Numbered from the stretch's first letter, positions 12,745 through 26,060 are shown. The stretch: DNA of 64,000 nucleotides from Eledone cirrhosa (GCA_964016885.1 OZ024740.1:205530001-205594000), one strand, 5' to 3'. Numbers and translations: made by a program. Notes: generated by a model not told the origin, from the letters alone.

Positions 12745-13590
12745 ATAATACGTCTAGGCTGAAGGCATACCTGTTGTATTTATGGATGTTGGATTCTAGT
12801 TGTTTGAGTTATTGGATGTCTTTTTTCGGGCTTTGATGTGGCCTGGGAATGTTGACAACAGTGGTTTTAAAATCTCGGAGAGAAGAAGCCATGAGAATTT
12901 GTATGGAGGTAGTTCTACACTGGAAACAATGGGCTTGATTTTCAGGTCGGTTCCTTATTTGTGGATCTTAATAAGGTGGTAGAAATTAGGTAGTCTGCTG
13001 GGGTTTTTTTTTCACAGATGTTGGTCCACATGTTGTTGATCTGGCTCTCAATCAGTGCAAGTGTGATTCCAGTGACTTTAGAGTAGAGACTGTTGTCATT
13101 AAGATGCTGATAGACTAAATCATTGAAGGTCTCTCTGGTAATAACGCTGAGCAATTTCCCCTGGTTGGAGGAGAGGTATATGAAGTTCCTTGATCTTAAA
13201 TCCCTCAGAGTGGTGAGTTGCGATCTGGAGAGGTTGTGAGGTGCATGTGTATGTGTGTGTTTTAGTAGGATATTGGATAAAGCATGTTTGAATCTTGAAA
13301 ATTTAGTCAAATGTGGTCACAGTTGGTGGGTGGAGGGTAGAGTGGGTTGTTGAGGTGGTAGTTAGGGAATTTAGAATGAGTTGCTGTGGAGGTGGTAGTC
13401 TCAGAGGTGTGGATGAAGGTCAGTCACTTGAGTTTGTATGCTGCTCTACAGAAATATAGGCACTCTGAGAATCAAAGAGGCCCTCTTGATTAAATGACAT
13501 AGGCCCCCTATTAATAATCGAATGGAACGGAACAAGGCACAATAACTAATCTAGTTTGATCCAACCTACATATACATGCATATCTACATA
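11500..13590 (-). mobile_element. Decayed Penelope-like element (RT plus GIY-YIG) with inverted terminal repeats
   Basis: Minus strand has FTRYVDNILIL (RT motif C), PFIHHKSAL..KRGYIKSE-like thumb and VCRL..CSQFYIGSTIQPLHLRIKEH (GIY-YIG, ~11735-11825); 11500-11640 is the reverse complement of 13455-13590. Confidence 0.8.
12656..12741. repeat. (TA)n microsatellite
   Basis: Directly visible. Confidence 0.98.
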
Positions 13591-13904
13591 CACACACATG
13601 CTTACACACACAGGTTCTCACATACACGCATATATTCTTACACACACACACAAAAACATATGTCACTGCATTTACACACATACATACACATATACTCATA
13701 CACATTTATACATATACATACACACTTACATTCAAGTTCATACACACACACGTGCTTACACACACGAGCTTACACACACACGTGCTTACACACATACATG
13801 CTTACATACACACATGCTTACACACATACGTGCTTACACACACACCCACATATACAAACATATATCACTTGCCTTTACACACATACATTTATATACTAAT
13901 ACAC

Positions 13905-14062
13905 ATCATCATCATCATCATTTCATTTTACGTCCGATTTTCCCTGCTTGCAAGGGTGGGACGGGAACTGATTCTGGCATGATTTCTACAGCTGGATGCC
14001 CTTCCTAACACCAACCTCATTTACAGTGAGTGCTGGGTGCTTTTTTCCGTGGCACCTACACG

Positions 14063-14064
<2 letters not shown>
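13905..14064 (-). mobile_element. RTE-3'-end-derived SINE fragment
   Basis: GCTGGATGCCCTTCCTAACACCAACCTCATTTACAGTGAGTGCTGGGTGC is the reverse complement of the RTE 3' UTR at 51058-51110; similar copy at 32405-32575. Confidence 0.8.
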
Positions 14065-14231
<167 letters not shown>

Positions 14232-14529
14232 ACCAACAATAAAGCAATTCATTGTTGATTATCTTTCCTTAACTGATGAAACCCTCATTTCTTTTATTCA
14301 ATTAAACCTTCATTAGATAAGAAGCTAATCAGCTGTCAATACTCATAACGTTATCTTTATTAGTGTTAGGTACTGTTACGTGATATACAACATGTTGGTC
14401 AAGTTAGTGGCGTAGCATGGGCAAAGCCACAGGGATGGTCACCCCCAGTTCAGACAGGGGTAACCACAGTAAATAAGGTACTCAATACATTAGTAGAATG
14501 TAAACATTATGTTTAATATATAAATGGTT

Positions 14530-15968
14530 TCTATATGACTAGAACTGTTTCATTCAAAAGAAATCATCAGGAAAGCCCTGATGAGAGAGAGAGAGAGAGA
14601 GGGGGAGATAGAGAGGGTGAGAGAGAGAGACTAAAAGAGAGGAAGAGTTACAGAGGGTGAGAGAGAATGTGTGTGTGACAAGAGAGAGAAACACAGAGAG
14701 AGAAGTTTGTAGCAGACTAGAAGAAATTGAAAGAGACCGCACACTGTGTGTGTAACTGTGTGTGTGTGTATAACTGTGTGAGACAAGACTATGCTATTGT
14801 ACAGGAAAGGTGGGGACGAAAGTAACTATTAGCAGAGAAAGTGAAAGGAAGACGCTGTATGTTTATTTCTGTTCTGTTCTGTGTGCATGTATGTATGTGT
14901 CAGTGAAGATTGTGTGTATGTGTGACCACAAAAGTCTAGAATCACCTTAAACCATAGATCAAAGTATCAGTTGAAGGTTTAACAATATTGTGTTAGCTTT
15001 TATAAAGTTGTTTTACACCAGTCTTTGATTTTACAGAACATAGAAAAAATTTATACTATTTGAAATTAATCTACGGTGTATATTAATTGAGGTTTTTGAG
15101 GATAGTGTCATATGCCAAAACACCGCTCATCTATCAGAAGATTACAATGTCTGCCAAACGATTGAAATCTTCAAGGGAAAGAGAAACTCACGAACAATAT
15201 AATAAAAGACTTGGGAATAAAGGGACAAGTCAACATTGGGACATTCAGCAGAATATGAGATGGGAAACAGAACGATTAAGACAACAAGAAAGACGACCGC
15301 AACTTTCTGAAAGTGTTCAGAACCTGAGACAGGAAACAGAAAGATTAAGGCAAGACGAAAGACTATCGCAACAAACAAAGGTTCAATATGAAAATCACCA
15401 AGAGGCAATGAAAGTTGCGATGCAAACTTGACGAGCACAAAGGACTCTTCAAGACAGAATAAACTGGCTAAGAGCTGCGTTTTCATATGATCCATCAAAG
15501 AATTATAGAAATGATCCTAAAGTCAGGATAGGTAGCATGGATATTACACTTGGCATGTGTTGTTTTGGAGGAAAGGTCAGACACCACTGATAGAGGATCC
15601 TCCAGCTTTTATCCATATACTGCTTACTGACCGTACTGACAAAGCTAAACACTTCAGAAGCAATGTTATGCGGTATATTGCTGTGTTTCAGATGACGTCC
15701 TTTGGAGCTGAAAAAGATCATACTGACTATGGTTATTTCACCACATTTAAAATCCAAGGCCAATGCTACCATTTAATCGGCAGTTTATTCCCTCAGCCTA
15801 ATAAGGAAGTTTTATGATTGTTTTTTTTTTATGTCTCTCTCTCTCTCTCACACACATTACAGTCTCACCTCAAACTGTAAACCAGACAATACATCCAATA
15901 CACTCATTTTGTCTTTTATCCGTCTTCACTTAACTGTTCTCTTGGGCAAATCCGAGTACCTCAGCTAG
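14530..15968 (+). mobile_element. Internally deleted Helitron (Rep N-terminal fragment)
   Basis: HFRSNVMRYIAVFQMTSFGA...FTTFKIQGQCYHLIGSLFP is the typical Helitron RepHel N-terminal motif; 3' end GGGCAAATCCGAGTACCTCAGCTAG|T (CTAG at 15965-15968); the 5' TCTATAT at 14530 is tentative. Confidence 0.8.
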
Positions 15969-18156
15969 TAATATATACTAAGGAAGTGACAATTAAACAG
16001 AGACATATTGAGTGTAAGAGAATGCTTCAGTCTGGACAATCATGTGATAACCTCTCTAATGCTAGTCCCACAATAAAATACACCCAGTTCACTCTGTAAG
16101 GTGGTTGGTATTAGGAGGGACATCCAGCCATAGAAATTATGCCAAATATAGAACATATGAGCAAGAAGTAGTCTAATCTCAGAACATAACAATCCATCCA
16201 ACACTTGGCAGCATGGAGAGTGGATGTTAAATTATGATGATGATGATACTGAGTTTGTTATATAATAATAGTTCATGTTTATTGCCAATGAATTGACAGA
16301 GTCATCAGAACATCAGATAGATGCCTTGCAGTATTTATAAGCTCTTTATTTTCTGAGTTCAAATTCCACCAGAGTCAACTTTGCTTTTCATCCTTCCTGG
16401 GTCAATAAAATAAAATACCAGTCAAGTAATGGTTCTTTATTTTTTTTCGGAAAATAAAGGAAATCAACTTTCCCCTCTTCCCAAAATTGCTGGCCTTGTG
16501 CCTAAATTAGAAACCATTATTATTTAGACTGTTTTCTCAGATAAGGTGTTGAAAATCCTGATATTGTATGATAGTAGACCACAACCAGTGGCTTTAGGCA
16601 TCACTAAATTTGTCTCCATCAACTGTTCATAACTTTCCAACTAGATTGTACTGTTTCCAAAAGACAAGATTTCTGGAATAAAGCTATAGAGCATTCAATT
16701 TCTATTTCCTTTATCCAATGATCAAATTTATGAGTTACTATTTCCAAAGCCACATACCACTCTTGCTATTACATTTTCAATTTCCACAACTGTGCAACCT
16801 CATATTTTAATAGATTGTAGTTTCTCTTCTTTTCCTCTTCTTTTTTTCTTTATTTTTGAGTCGAAAGAGCATAAAGGGTTTATTATATATCCCGCTTTCT
16901 GTCTTTTGTCCCCTTCCCTTATGTCTGGCTTATTGTGCTCTAATACCTTGTCTGTATTGCAAAGTCCCCTAATATTTTACAATCTTCCAATTCAATTACT
17001 TTCTGTGATTTACAGTTGAACCACTTAACCTCACACTCAAATCACCATTTCTGGCCAAGTTTCCAATATATAACCTAGACTACTTCATCATGTAGAGTGC
17101 ACTGCGCAGGCTTCCTTGAAAGGACACGTGTCCCAGTCTTCACAGCACAGATTTTCATTCTTACTATGCAACACTTGGCAGCAAACCTATCAAGTGCATT
17201 GTCAGATATCATCTTCCAACAAGTTAAGTAGTACCATGTTGTCTGCAAATTCCATAACAGTTCTAGTCCTGTAGAAGCCATCTCTATATTAAACATGGTA
17301 TATATATATTCACAATTGTATTCTTTCAGTCATTATGTAGATTTTCATTTTTCTTTTATTCAGGAATCATTTGGCAATATGGAATAAGGTTTATATATAT
17401 ATATATTAAAAAGAAAATCTTAATAGAAACTTCAATTATTTATATAACATAATATGAATAAATATATTTGAAATGTGAGCATCCCAATGTAAATGATTAG
17501 AATAATAGTTAATCATTATAAGTAATAGTTGAGAGAATTGGGTAAAGTAACACTAGAGATGGAAAAATATTGACAGAGGGGCCTGCAAGGAATCAAATTC
17601 TACATCTCTTGGATGTCAGGATTCCACTCTGGCACCTTTGTCTACTTTTTCTGTATCCAGGGGACCTTTACTTGATTTTCTCAACTATTATTTATAGTGA
17701 TTAATTATTATTCTGCTAATTAGCTTTGAGACACACACATTTCAAATTTCAAATTTTCCCAATGTTTCTTAAGACTGGGGCGAAAACCACACTGTCCATC
17801 AGTTAGAATGTCTCAGGAAAAAATTGCTGGACAGACATTGCGGGCAAAACCAACCAGCAGGAGACTTAGGAGTAGACCCCGAGCAAGATGGTTGGATAAC
17901 ATCCATGAGCTTGGCTGGTGTCGCTTGAGGATCCAGATCAGTTGGAGACGGTTACATCTGACAGACCCTGCTGGAAGGAATGTTTGAGGACTCTGCCCCC
18001 ACAACCCTATCAGGAATAGGTGGGGAAAGAAGAAGTCATGATTTATTCTTTACTGAACCCATCATCAGAAATTAAACACTTAATTGTTATTATTTTCCTT
18101 GTTTCAGTCATTAGACTGTTGTCATGTTGGGGCACCACCTTGAATAAAGTGGGAGA

Positions 18157-18215
18157 GGAAGAAGAAGAAGAAGAAGAAGAAGAAGAAGAAGAAGAAGAAG
18201 AAGAAGAAGAAGAAG

Positions 18216-18245
<30 letters not shown>
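18157..18245. repeat. (GAA)n microsatellite
   Basis: Directly visible. Confidence 0.98.
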
Positions 18246-18246
<1 letters not shown>

Positions 18247-19848
18247 TTCTTAAGTCAAATGCTTTGTTTACATTTCTAGAATAAGTATATATTTATTTGG
18301 TTAAAGTAGTTGACTATACTCAAGGACATCTGACCATAGTAACTACAGATTGTGTACAACAGATGTATGCATACACCAGCTATAAGTATTCATACATACA
18401 GATAAAGATAAGCCATAGATATATATAGTCAAGTACATATAATGATAAAGTAAATTATAGTGGATGTGGTGGAGGGAGTGAAGGGGGTTAAAGTGTGGAG
18501 GAGGATAGTTAGGTTTGCTGTGTGTGTGTGTGTGTGAGTGTGAATGAGTGAGTGAGAGTAAGTGAGTTAGTGAAAGAACGAGTGAGAGTAAGAAAGCATA
18601 AGGATGGTGAAAGACTGCGATGAAGTGAGTGAGGAACTGAGTGAGATGTGTGAGTGCGGGTATGGGACCATGAGAGATTGTAGTGAAATCTATCCACATA
18701 TATTGACCCCTAAACAACATGAGTTCACTTTTCTCTTTATCTTGGGTTGGTGCCAGTAGTCTTGAGAAACTGGCCAACTTTGGGTTAAATGAGATAAGAT
18801 TTTCTTAAAGCCATTCCACTTTCATTTCTCAAAAGAGAAGGACATCAGTTTTAGTTACTCAAGCAGTAGAGAGATGTAACGCTTAGCAAAAAAAACACTT
18901 CAGCCCTCTCGACAGGGTTGGAACTTCGATAAAAGTTGGTTCAATGCATCTTGTTAGACTACTAGTACATTCACACAAACCAACCACACAAATATAACAC
19001 ACAATTCACTTGGTTCTTTGTTGTTTTCCTGTGTTGTCAACAATAGCTTCAACATAAGTTATTTCTCAATAAAATCATTATTGTAGCAATGTTTGTTATT
19101 GTTCATAGGTTATTGTAATGTCAGCTTTACTTTCAGCCTTCAACTTTCAACAACTGACTATGGCAATGAGTACAGCCACACATCTTGATTCACTGAGACA
19201 CACACACTCAATTCATTTACCATAAGTCACAAATTTCTCGCAGCTCTTATATGGGAGAGAGCTATTCATGAAATCACCCATTAAGCCAGCAACATTACTA
19301 CTACAACATCAGCCAAAGTGAACATAAACCACCAAACAATGGACAAATACCAATTCTCAGCACCAATAACAATAAAAATAAACATCATTACAAGAGAGCC
19401 TATGAGGGAGCGTCTATATAGTCCCTTGAATATACTCAATGCAGGACCCAAATCCCCATTCAATAAGCCCTATTATCTTGAAAATGGGGGTTACATGTGT
19501 CAATGATGGAATTTCAATGTATTAGATCTCTGTTTGTTCAGATGAAGAAAGTTCCAGTTGTTCAATTAATGGAACAGCATGCTTATGAAATTAACATACA
19601 AGTGGCTGAGCATTCTAAAGAAACGTAGTTCTCAGGGAGATTCAGCATGACACAGTGATTAACAAGGCTATCCCTTTGAATTATAGGTCATAAGTTTGAT
19701 TCCTACACTAGGCAGTGCATTGTGCCCTTGGGCAAGACACTATATTTCACGTTGCTCCAGTGAAAAAAAATTAGTTGTACCTGCAATTCAAAGTGTCAGC
19801 CTTCTCACATATTGTGTCATGCTGAATCTTTTTGAGAATTACATTATG

Positions 19849-20163
19849 CAGGGCCGGATTTAATGGAGAGCAAAGGGGGCAATTGTTCCAGGTCCCCTGC
19901 AGTGGGGGGTGGGGTGGGGGTGGAGGGGCACCAGCGATGGACATAGCAATTTATTTGTGCTTTCAGCTGGGCTTTTTAGTTTTAGGATGGTTAGAATTTT
20001 TGAATTTAATACCTGTATGTATAACTTTTCAATTCCATTTACTTGTGCCAAGCTAACTTTCATATGTAAAATTGTGGGGTTTGTTGTGTATTCTAATTTT
20101 TTGTGTATGAGCCCCCCCAACCCTTAAGTGGCCCAGGTCCTCCAAGGTCTAAATCCAACCCTG
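19849..20163. mobile_element. hAT-like non-autonomous element
   Basis: Imperfect TIRs CAGGGCCGGATTTA ... TAAATCCAACCCTG; second copy at 11157-11465; no TSD recognised. Confidence 0.75.
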
Positions 20164-20269
20164 GGTGTTCATGTACATGTAACTGTGCAATGTTCAACCA
20201 TTTCCCTGTTCATTTTACAAGCATGCTGTTCAAAGAACTTACACACTGATCATTGCATGGATGGAAGTC

Positions 20270-20318
20270 CAACAACAACAACGACAATAGCAACAGCAGC
20301 AACAGCAGCAACAGCTAT

Positions 20319-20359
<41 letters not shown>

Positions 20360-20373
20360 CTACATCAGCAGCA
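20270..20373. repeat. (GCA/ACA)n microsatellite
   Basis: Directly visible. Confidence 0.95.
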
Positions 20374-20577
20374 TGTTCATTGTATAGAAATGTTCATGTG
20401 AATCATGTATTAAAACTCCTTTCACACACAAACATTGTTTTACTACAAAACAATTGCTAAATATTTCCTTGATTTGTTTTATAAAGAGTTAAATCATATG
20501 ACATATATCTCATGATATTTAAAGACCAAAATATGCTCACAAAATGAATTTTAATATTTATACATATATATATGTAA

Positions 20578-20630
<53 letters not shown>

Positions 20631-20821
20631 TTAGGTTTGTTGGTTCACCACTGGATAGAACTGGTCATTCCGTATAGTCAACCTTGATGTAATATTAGGG
20701 ATAGCACTCGATGTAATGCAACTCACCCGTCTTCGTTTGTGTTGTTGGTGGTGCAAGTACAGAGTTAATTATTATAAAATAACAGGAGGCTGGACTAGTG
20801 TAATTCCTTAAAAGGTTTATT

Positions 20822-20879
20822 ATACTATGATCATTTCAGTGACCGGGTTCAGTATGAATCCAGTGACATCATCAGGTAT
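20822..20879 (-). ncRNA. Type I hammerhead ribozyme motif
   Basis: Minus strand: ATAC-CTGATGA-tgtcactggattcatactgaacccggtcact-GAAA-TGATCA-TA-GTAT; stem I ATAC/GTAT, stem II hairpin, palindromic stem III. Confidence 0.7.
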
Positions 20880-21011
20880 TCAAAATTTAACAAAGGAATA
20901 GACAAGATCCATGTGGCTGAAAGCAGAGACAGGAGGGCGGCCGAACATTTAGCAGCTTCTAGCCCGGTCAGCCGCCCTCAAGTCCATATTATAATATATA
21001 TATATTATTAT

Positions 21012-21049
<38 letters not shown>

Positions 21050-21059
21050 CCACAACAAA

Positions 21060-22595
21060 TTACCAAACCATACTGAAGGATGTGCATTTCACTGTGCGGA
21101 TTTTCAAGCCATGTATGATAGACATGGAAGTGTATATCAGCTGACTAGATTCTGCGCGAAGGACGGCGATATTTTAGTGGTAAGGGAGATAACTCAAATT
21201 AGTCTGATGCGGGGGGGGGGGGGATTATTTTCGTTTGAGTTAGTTCATTCCAAGTAAGATTTATGGTTATCCCAGGTCTTTTCAGTTATGTAACAAGTAC
21301 TTTACAGCATGGGAGCAGTGATAAAAAAAATTGGCTCTCGTGTTAAAGCAATTACTATTACATAACCTCTGCATGAAATTTATTTTTTCATCAATACGCA
21401 GCTTACAGGATATTTCTCCATTTCTGTATGACCTGGATTTGACCAGAACTTTTAATTGAATGGAGTAATTCACGTCTGCCTCGTTGAGTGACCATATGTG
21501 GCTTGATAGCTTCATGGACGATCGCTTATCAAAGTGTCTAAAGGTGGTCTGATGGTTAAGGAAGCATTCTTTAAACTGGTCCTTCGACATGCCTGCATAT
21601 GTTTTGACGTCCTGTTGATTTGGTTGAGTGGATGTAACTTTAGCCTCATAGACTACTGCAGGTATATTACACTGTTGTTGAAGAGGACATGCTTCTGGCC
21701 TTCTGCAAGTGCATCCGGATGAGGAAGAGCTCTTGGAGTTGGTGGTGATGTGGGTTTTCATATTTTTAGCACAGGAATATCTGAGTTTCACCTTAAGTCT
21801 GTATTTATATTCTATCGAGAAGTGCCTGTTTAAGAGTGCCAAGAATTTCCTACTTACATTAGTTCTAACACCGAGCGAGAAGTGTGGACAGAACTAAATT
21901 ATTTTTTTATTTGTATTCTCTTTCTACTGGTAGTGTGATTAGGAGGGGAGTAAGGAATTTTATCAGAGAAGCCGCAGTTATTGTAAGGTGGCACTCTGTC
22001 AAAGATGGAATTGTTAGAAGAAAGATTAGAAATCCTACTACTGATGTTTTTAACGTCATCAAACACTTGTGATGGCAGGCACTGGCTTTCGAGGGAAAAA
22101 TTACCGGTACTGCTGACACCTACAACCTGAAATCGAGAGTCTATCCACCCAAGGTAAATAACTTCGTTTTTTTCATTACTTTCCACTAACACTCTAGCCC
22201 TTTCCAAAACAAACTTAGCAGAGACATTAAAAAATTTAGGTCTTTCACTATCACTTTCGTCCTATCTGATAAAACAAATAACATTTATGAAGTTGACCAA
22301 ACTACTTACAACCATTTGGCATGAAAGACTATAACATCGAAGTACAAAAAAGCAGACCCCTTAGCTTACATTAACAACTTAGATAAGAAACTACAATACC
22401 TAGCTAATTGTGAGGCTTTTAATGGTCACAAGGTCAATTTTGCTACTAACCCTACTTGTAGACTGTTGAACCCAGCACGTACAGAGATGGGGTTAGTCAG
22501 CAAATCTATTCTTAAAGGATTAGTTAAGACCATTAGGAAGAAATCCAACCTGTTCCAGTGGGAAAACAATGATTCTGTTGTTAAGTGGTTCATTG
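21060..22595. mobile_element. Penelope-like element: inverted 3' part (minus, to ~22070) joined to forward N-terminal part (plus)
   Basis: ORF 21282-21842 has CTCRRPEACPL..VVYEA..TYAGMS..FKE (GIY-YIG); 22070-22595 is homologous to 23808-24385 on the plus strand. Confidence 0.85.
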
Positions 22596-22821
22596 TTAAC
22601 TGCAGTAGTGGACAGCCATAATCTTTTTCTGCTTGTTGAAGCTTTCATAATCAGATGTGTTTAGTGATTATCCTTGCATCCCCCCCCCCCCTACCATCAT
22701 CACCATCATCATTTGTTGTCAAGGAATTTATAAACAATGTCAACAGGTTGAAATGATTTGACATCTTTTCTTCAGTTCTGCTAATTGTTGATATCAGTCT
22801 TTCTTTTCACATTCAAGGCCT

Positions 22822-22952
22822 CTGCCATTAGACTGAGACCATGCTGGGGCACCACATTCTTTTATTGGCTTCAGTCATTAGACTGTGACCATGCTGGGGC
22901 ACCACATTCTGTTATTGGCTTCAGTCATTAGACTGACCATGCTGGGGCACCT
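22822..22952. repeat. ~50-bp tandem repeat, about 3 copies (CAGTCATTAGACTGTGACCATGCTGGGGCACC...)
   Basis: Three consecutive copies visible; SINE-like sequence also seen at 18105 and 27885. Confidence 0.8.
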
Positions 22953-23399
22953 CCCTGATACGATATAATCAATCATCTGTTTCTACGAGATGTCTCCTTC
23001 TGGTTCTAGTTCATACACACACACACGCACACACACCCATACACATATATACATGTACACACATACATACACAGACACATACATGCACACACACATACAC
23101 ACATATGTAGACACACACCACACATATATGCACATGCGTGCATACACATACAAACATACACACTCACATATTCACACCAACACACACACACATATATATA
23201 TATATACCCCACCCCCACACTCACACACACACTTACATATACACGCACACTCACATATACACACACATACTCACATATACACACACACGCACACACACAC
23301 ATATATATATATATATAGAGAGAGGTAGAACACTGGAAGGTAATATCCATAGTAGTAGAGCACTCAGTCCAAGGGACGAGTTAGGTAGAAGTAGTAACA

Positions 23400-26022
23400 C
23401 AACAGTTAGTTCACTATACCTAGAACAATTGCTTCACCTTATGCGGATCTTCAGCTCGGAGTGGTAATGGTTATGCGGAACAAGAAGGACAACCGTCGCA
23501 TGCGCAGAAACGGTCACTTCACCCAAGCGATACAAAACCACGGGCGAAAGGTGTAAGGGAGATAACTGCGAATGTCCAGAATAAAATGTTCGAGTTGATT
23601 AGAAAATTAGAATGTTGTTGTTATTCAATTCTGAGCTTTGTAGTTATGCAGGAGGTGTTTCCAGGCATGTGGACAACGTGAGAAGATTTCATTTCTTGAA
23701 TTTAGACAAACGCTATTGCATAATCTCCTTAGAATATTTATCCTTTCTTCAATACACAGTCTACAAGACGGATTGCTTGGACTTGGAAGCGTTCCTGGTG
23801 AGCTTAAGATGGCGAGCTCTAGCTTTCGATGGCAAAATTATAGGCACCAGTAACACCTTCGACCTGAGATCGAGAGCCTACCCTCCTAAGGTAACTGAAC
23901 TCGCTCCTTTCGAAGTGGACCTTTTTGACGTAGTCGCTAACATTTCCTTTCGCAAACACTCTAACACCTTCCAAACTAGAAATTTAGGTCTTCCAATAAC
24001 ACTTTCGTTCTTTCTGACAAAACCAATAATATTTACAAAGTCGACAACACTACTTACAGCCACTTGGCACGTAACGCCATACCTCTAAATATAAGAAGGC
24101 TAACCCTATGGCCTACCACAACATCAATACAGAAGCCAAAGACCTTGCTGCCACCCTTAAGGTAGATAAGAAACTACAATGCTTAGTTAAACGTGAGGCG
24201 TTTCTCACCCTGAAGGATCACAAGGTAGACTTTGCTTCTAATCCCATGTGTAGACTACTAAACCCGGCACGCACGGAAATGGGACTAGTCACTAAGGCTA
24301 TACTTAGGAACATAGTTAAGACCATTAGGACCAAGTCCAACCTGTCCCAGTGGGAGAACAGTAACTCCGTCATTAAGTGGTTTAACTCCTTCAAATCCAA
24401 AAAAGTGAAGTTCACGCAATTCGACATTGTAGATTTTTACCCGTCGATCTCAGAGACCCTGTTAAACAAAGCGTTGGACTTTGCTACCACTTACACTACC
24501 GTCCATGTTTTAGACAGGGAGATCATCGTTCACTGCCGGAAAACCCTCCTCTTCAACAACGGAGTAGCCTGGGCCCAAAAGTCAACCACTTCAGAACTAT
24601 TCAACGTCTCCATTGGATCGTTCGACAGTGCTGACGTATGCGACTTGGTTGGCTTATTTATTTTAGATATATTACATGTTAGATTCCGGGGACTTCCACG
24701 CGGGAATATACCGCGACGATGGTCTGACCTTATCGAGCCATAAAAGTGGTCACGACATCGACCGGTTTAAAAAAAGATTTAACTTGTACTTTTAATGAGT
24801 TAGGACTTAGGATAACGGTAGCTACCAACCTCTCTAGTGTAGATTTCTTAGACATTAATTTATACCTTCGCACATACCTTCACACATACTTTCAGACCCT
24901 TCCATAAATTAAATGAAAAACTTAATTACATACACACGGACTCATGCCACCCTCCTACTGTTTTTAGAAACTTCGTAAATAATATCAGTACTAGAATCTC
25001 TAACTTCTCTAATAAGGCAATTTTTGTCAGAGCGTCCCCTACTATAACACGGCTACTATAACAGCGGCTTCTTGCAACCAATTACTTACTTCCCCACTAA
25101 CACCAACAGCAATAAGAAAAGAAATCGTAACAATAGACAAACTATCTGGTTCTCTCCTCCCTTCTCACTCAACGTTAAAACTAATGTAGGAATAATTTTT
25201 TTAGCCCCCTTAGATAGACACTTTTCCATAAGTCACAAATACTGCTCCATCTTTAACAGACATAGAGTAAAACTAGAGTACTCCTGCACTAAGAATATGA
25301 AGGCCTACATCACCAACAGTCCTAAGAGCGGCACCCCACCAGGATGTTCTTGCCGAAAGCCTGAAGCTTGTCCCCTTCAATAGCAATGCAACACACCCAC
25401 TGTAGTTTATGAAGCTGTGGTCACTTCCAACCGACTAAATCAACCATAGGAGGTCAAATCCTATGTGGGCATGGCGGAGGGCCGATTTAAGGAATGCATC
25501 CTGAACCATCAGTCGACCTTTAGGTACCCAGACAAACGATCATCCACAAAGCTCGCGAGCCACGTATGGTCCCTCAAAGACTCAGGTATAGATTACTCCA
25601 TTCAATGGAAAGCTATCACTAAGTCCAGGCCATACGCAAGGGGCAATCCGTCTTGTATTGAAGAAAGGATAAATATTCTAAGGAGATTACGCAATAGCGA
25701 TTGCCTAAATACAAGAAATAAAATCTTCTCCCGTTGTCCACATGCCTGGAAACACCTCTTGCATAACTACAAAGCTCCGGATTGAATAACAACAACACTC
25801 TAATTTTCTAATCAACTCAAACATTTTATTCCAGACATTCGCAGTTATCTCCCTTAAACCTTTCGCCCGTGGTTTTGTATTGCTTGGGTGAAGTGACCGT
25901 TTTTGCGCATGCGCGTTCATACGGTTGTTCTTCCTGTTCCGTATAACCATTACCAGTCCGAGCTGAAGATCTGCATAAGGTGAAACAATTGTTCTCGGTA
26001 TGGTGAACTAACTGTTGGGTTA
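23400..26022 (+). mobile_element. Near-full-length decayed Penelope-like element with inverted pseudo-LTR
   Basis: RT: FTQFDIVDFYPSI, NVSIGSFDSADVCDLVGL, GIYRDDGL (frameshifted), VDFLDI; GIY-YIG: CSCRKPEACPL...YVGMAEGRFKE; 23400-23755 is an inverted copy of 25655-26022. Confidence 0.92.
25958..25998 (+). ncRNA. Minimal type I hammerhead ribozyme in the Penelope pseudo-LTR
   Basis: CCGAG-CTGAAGA-tctgcataaggt-GAAA-CAATTG-TT-CTCGG; stem I CCGAG/CTCGG; palindromic stem III; degenerate inverted copy at 23419-23459. Confidence 0.75.
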
Positions 26023-26029
26023 CTACTTC

Positions 26030-26060
<31 letters not shown>

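Noticed and set aside
14270-14290. CTGATGAAAC as a hammerhead core
   Set aside because: No stem II between the boxes and no flanking stem I or stem III pairing.
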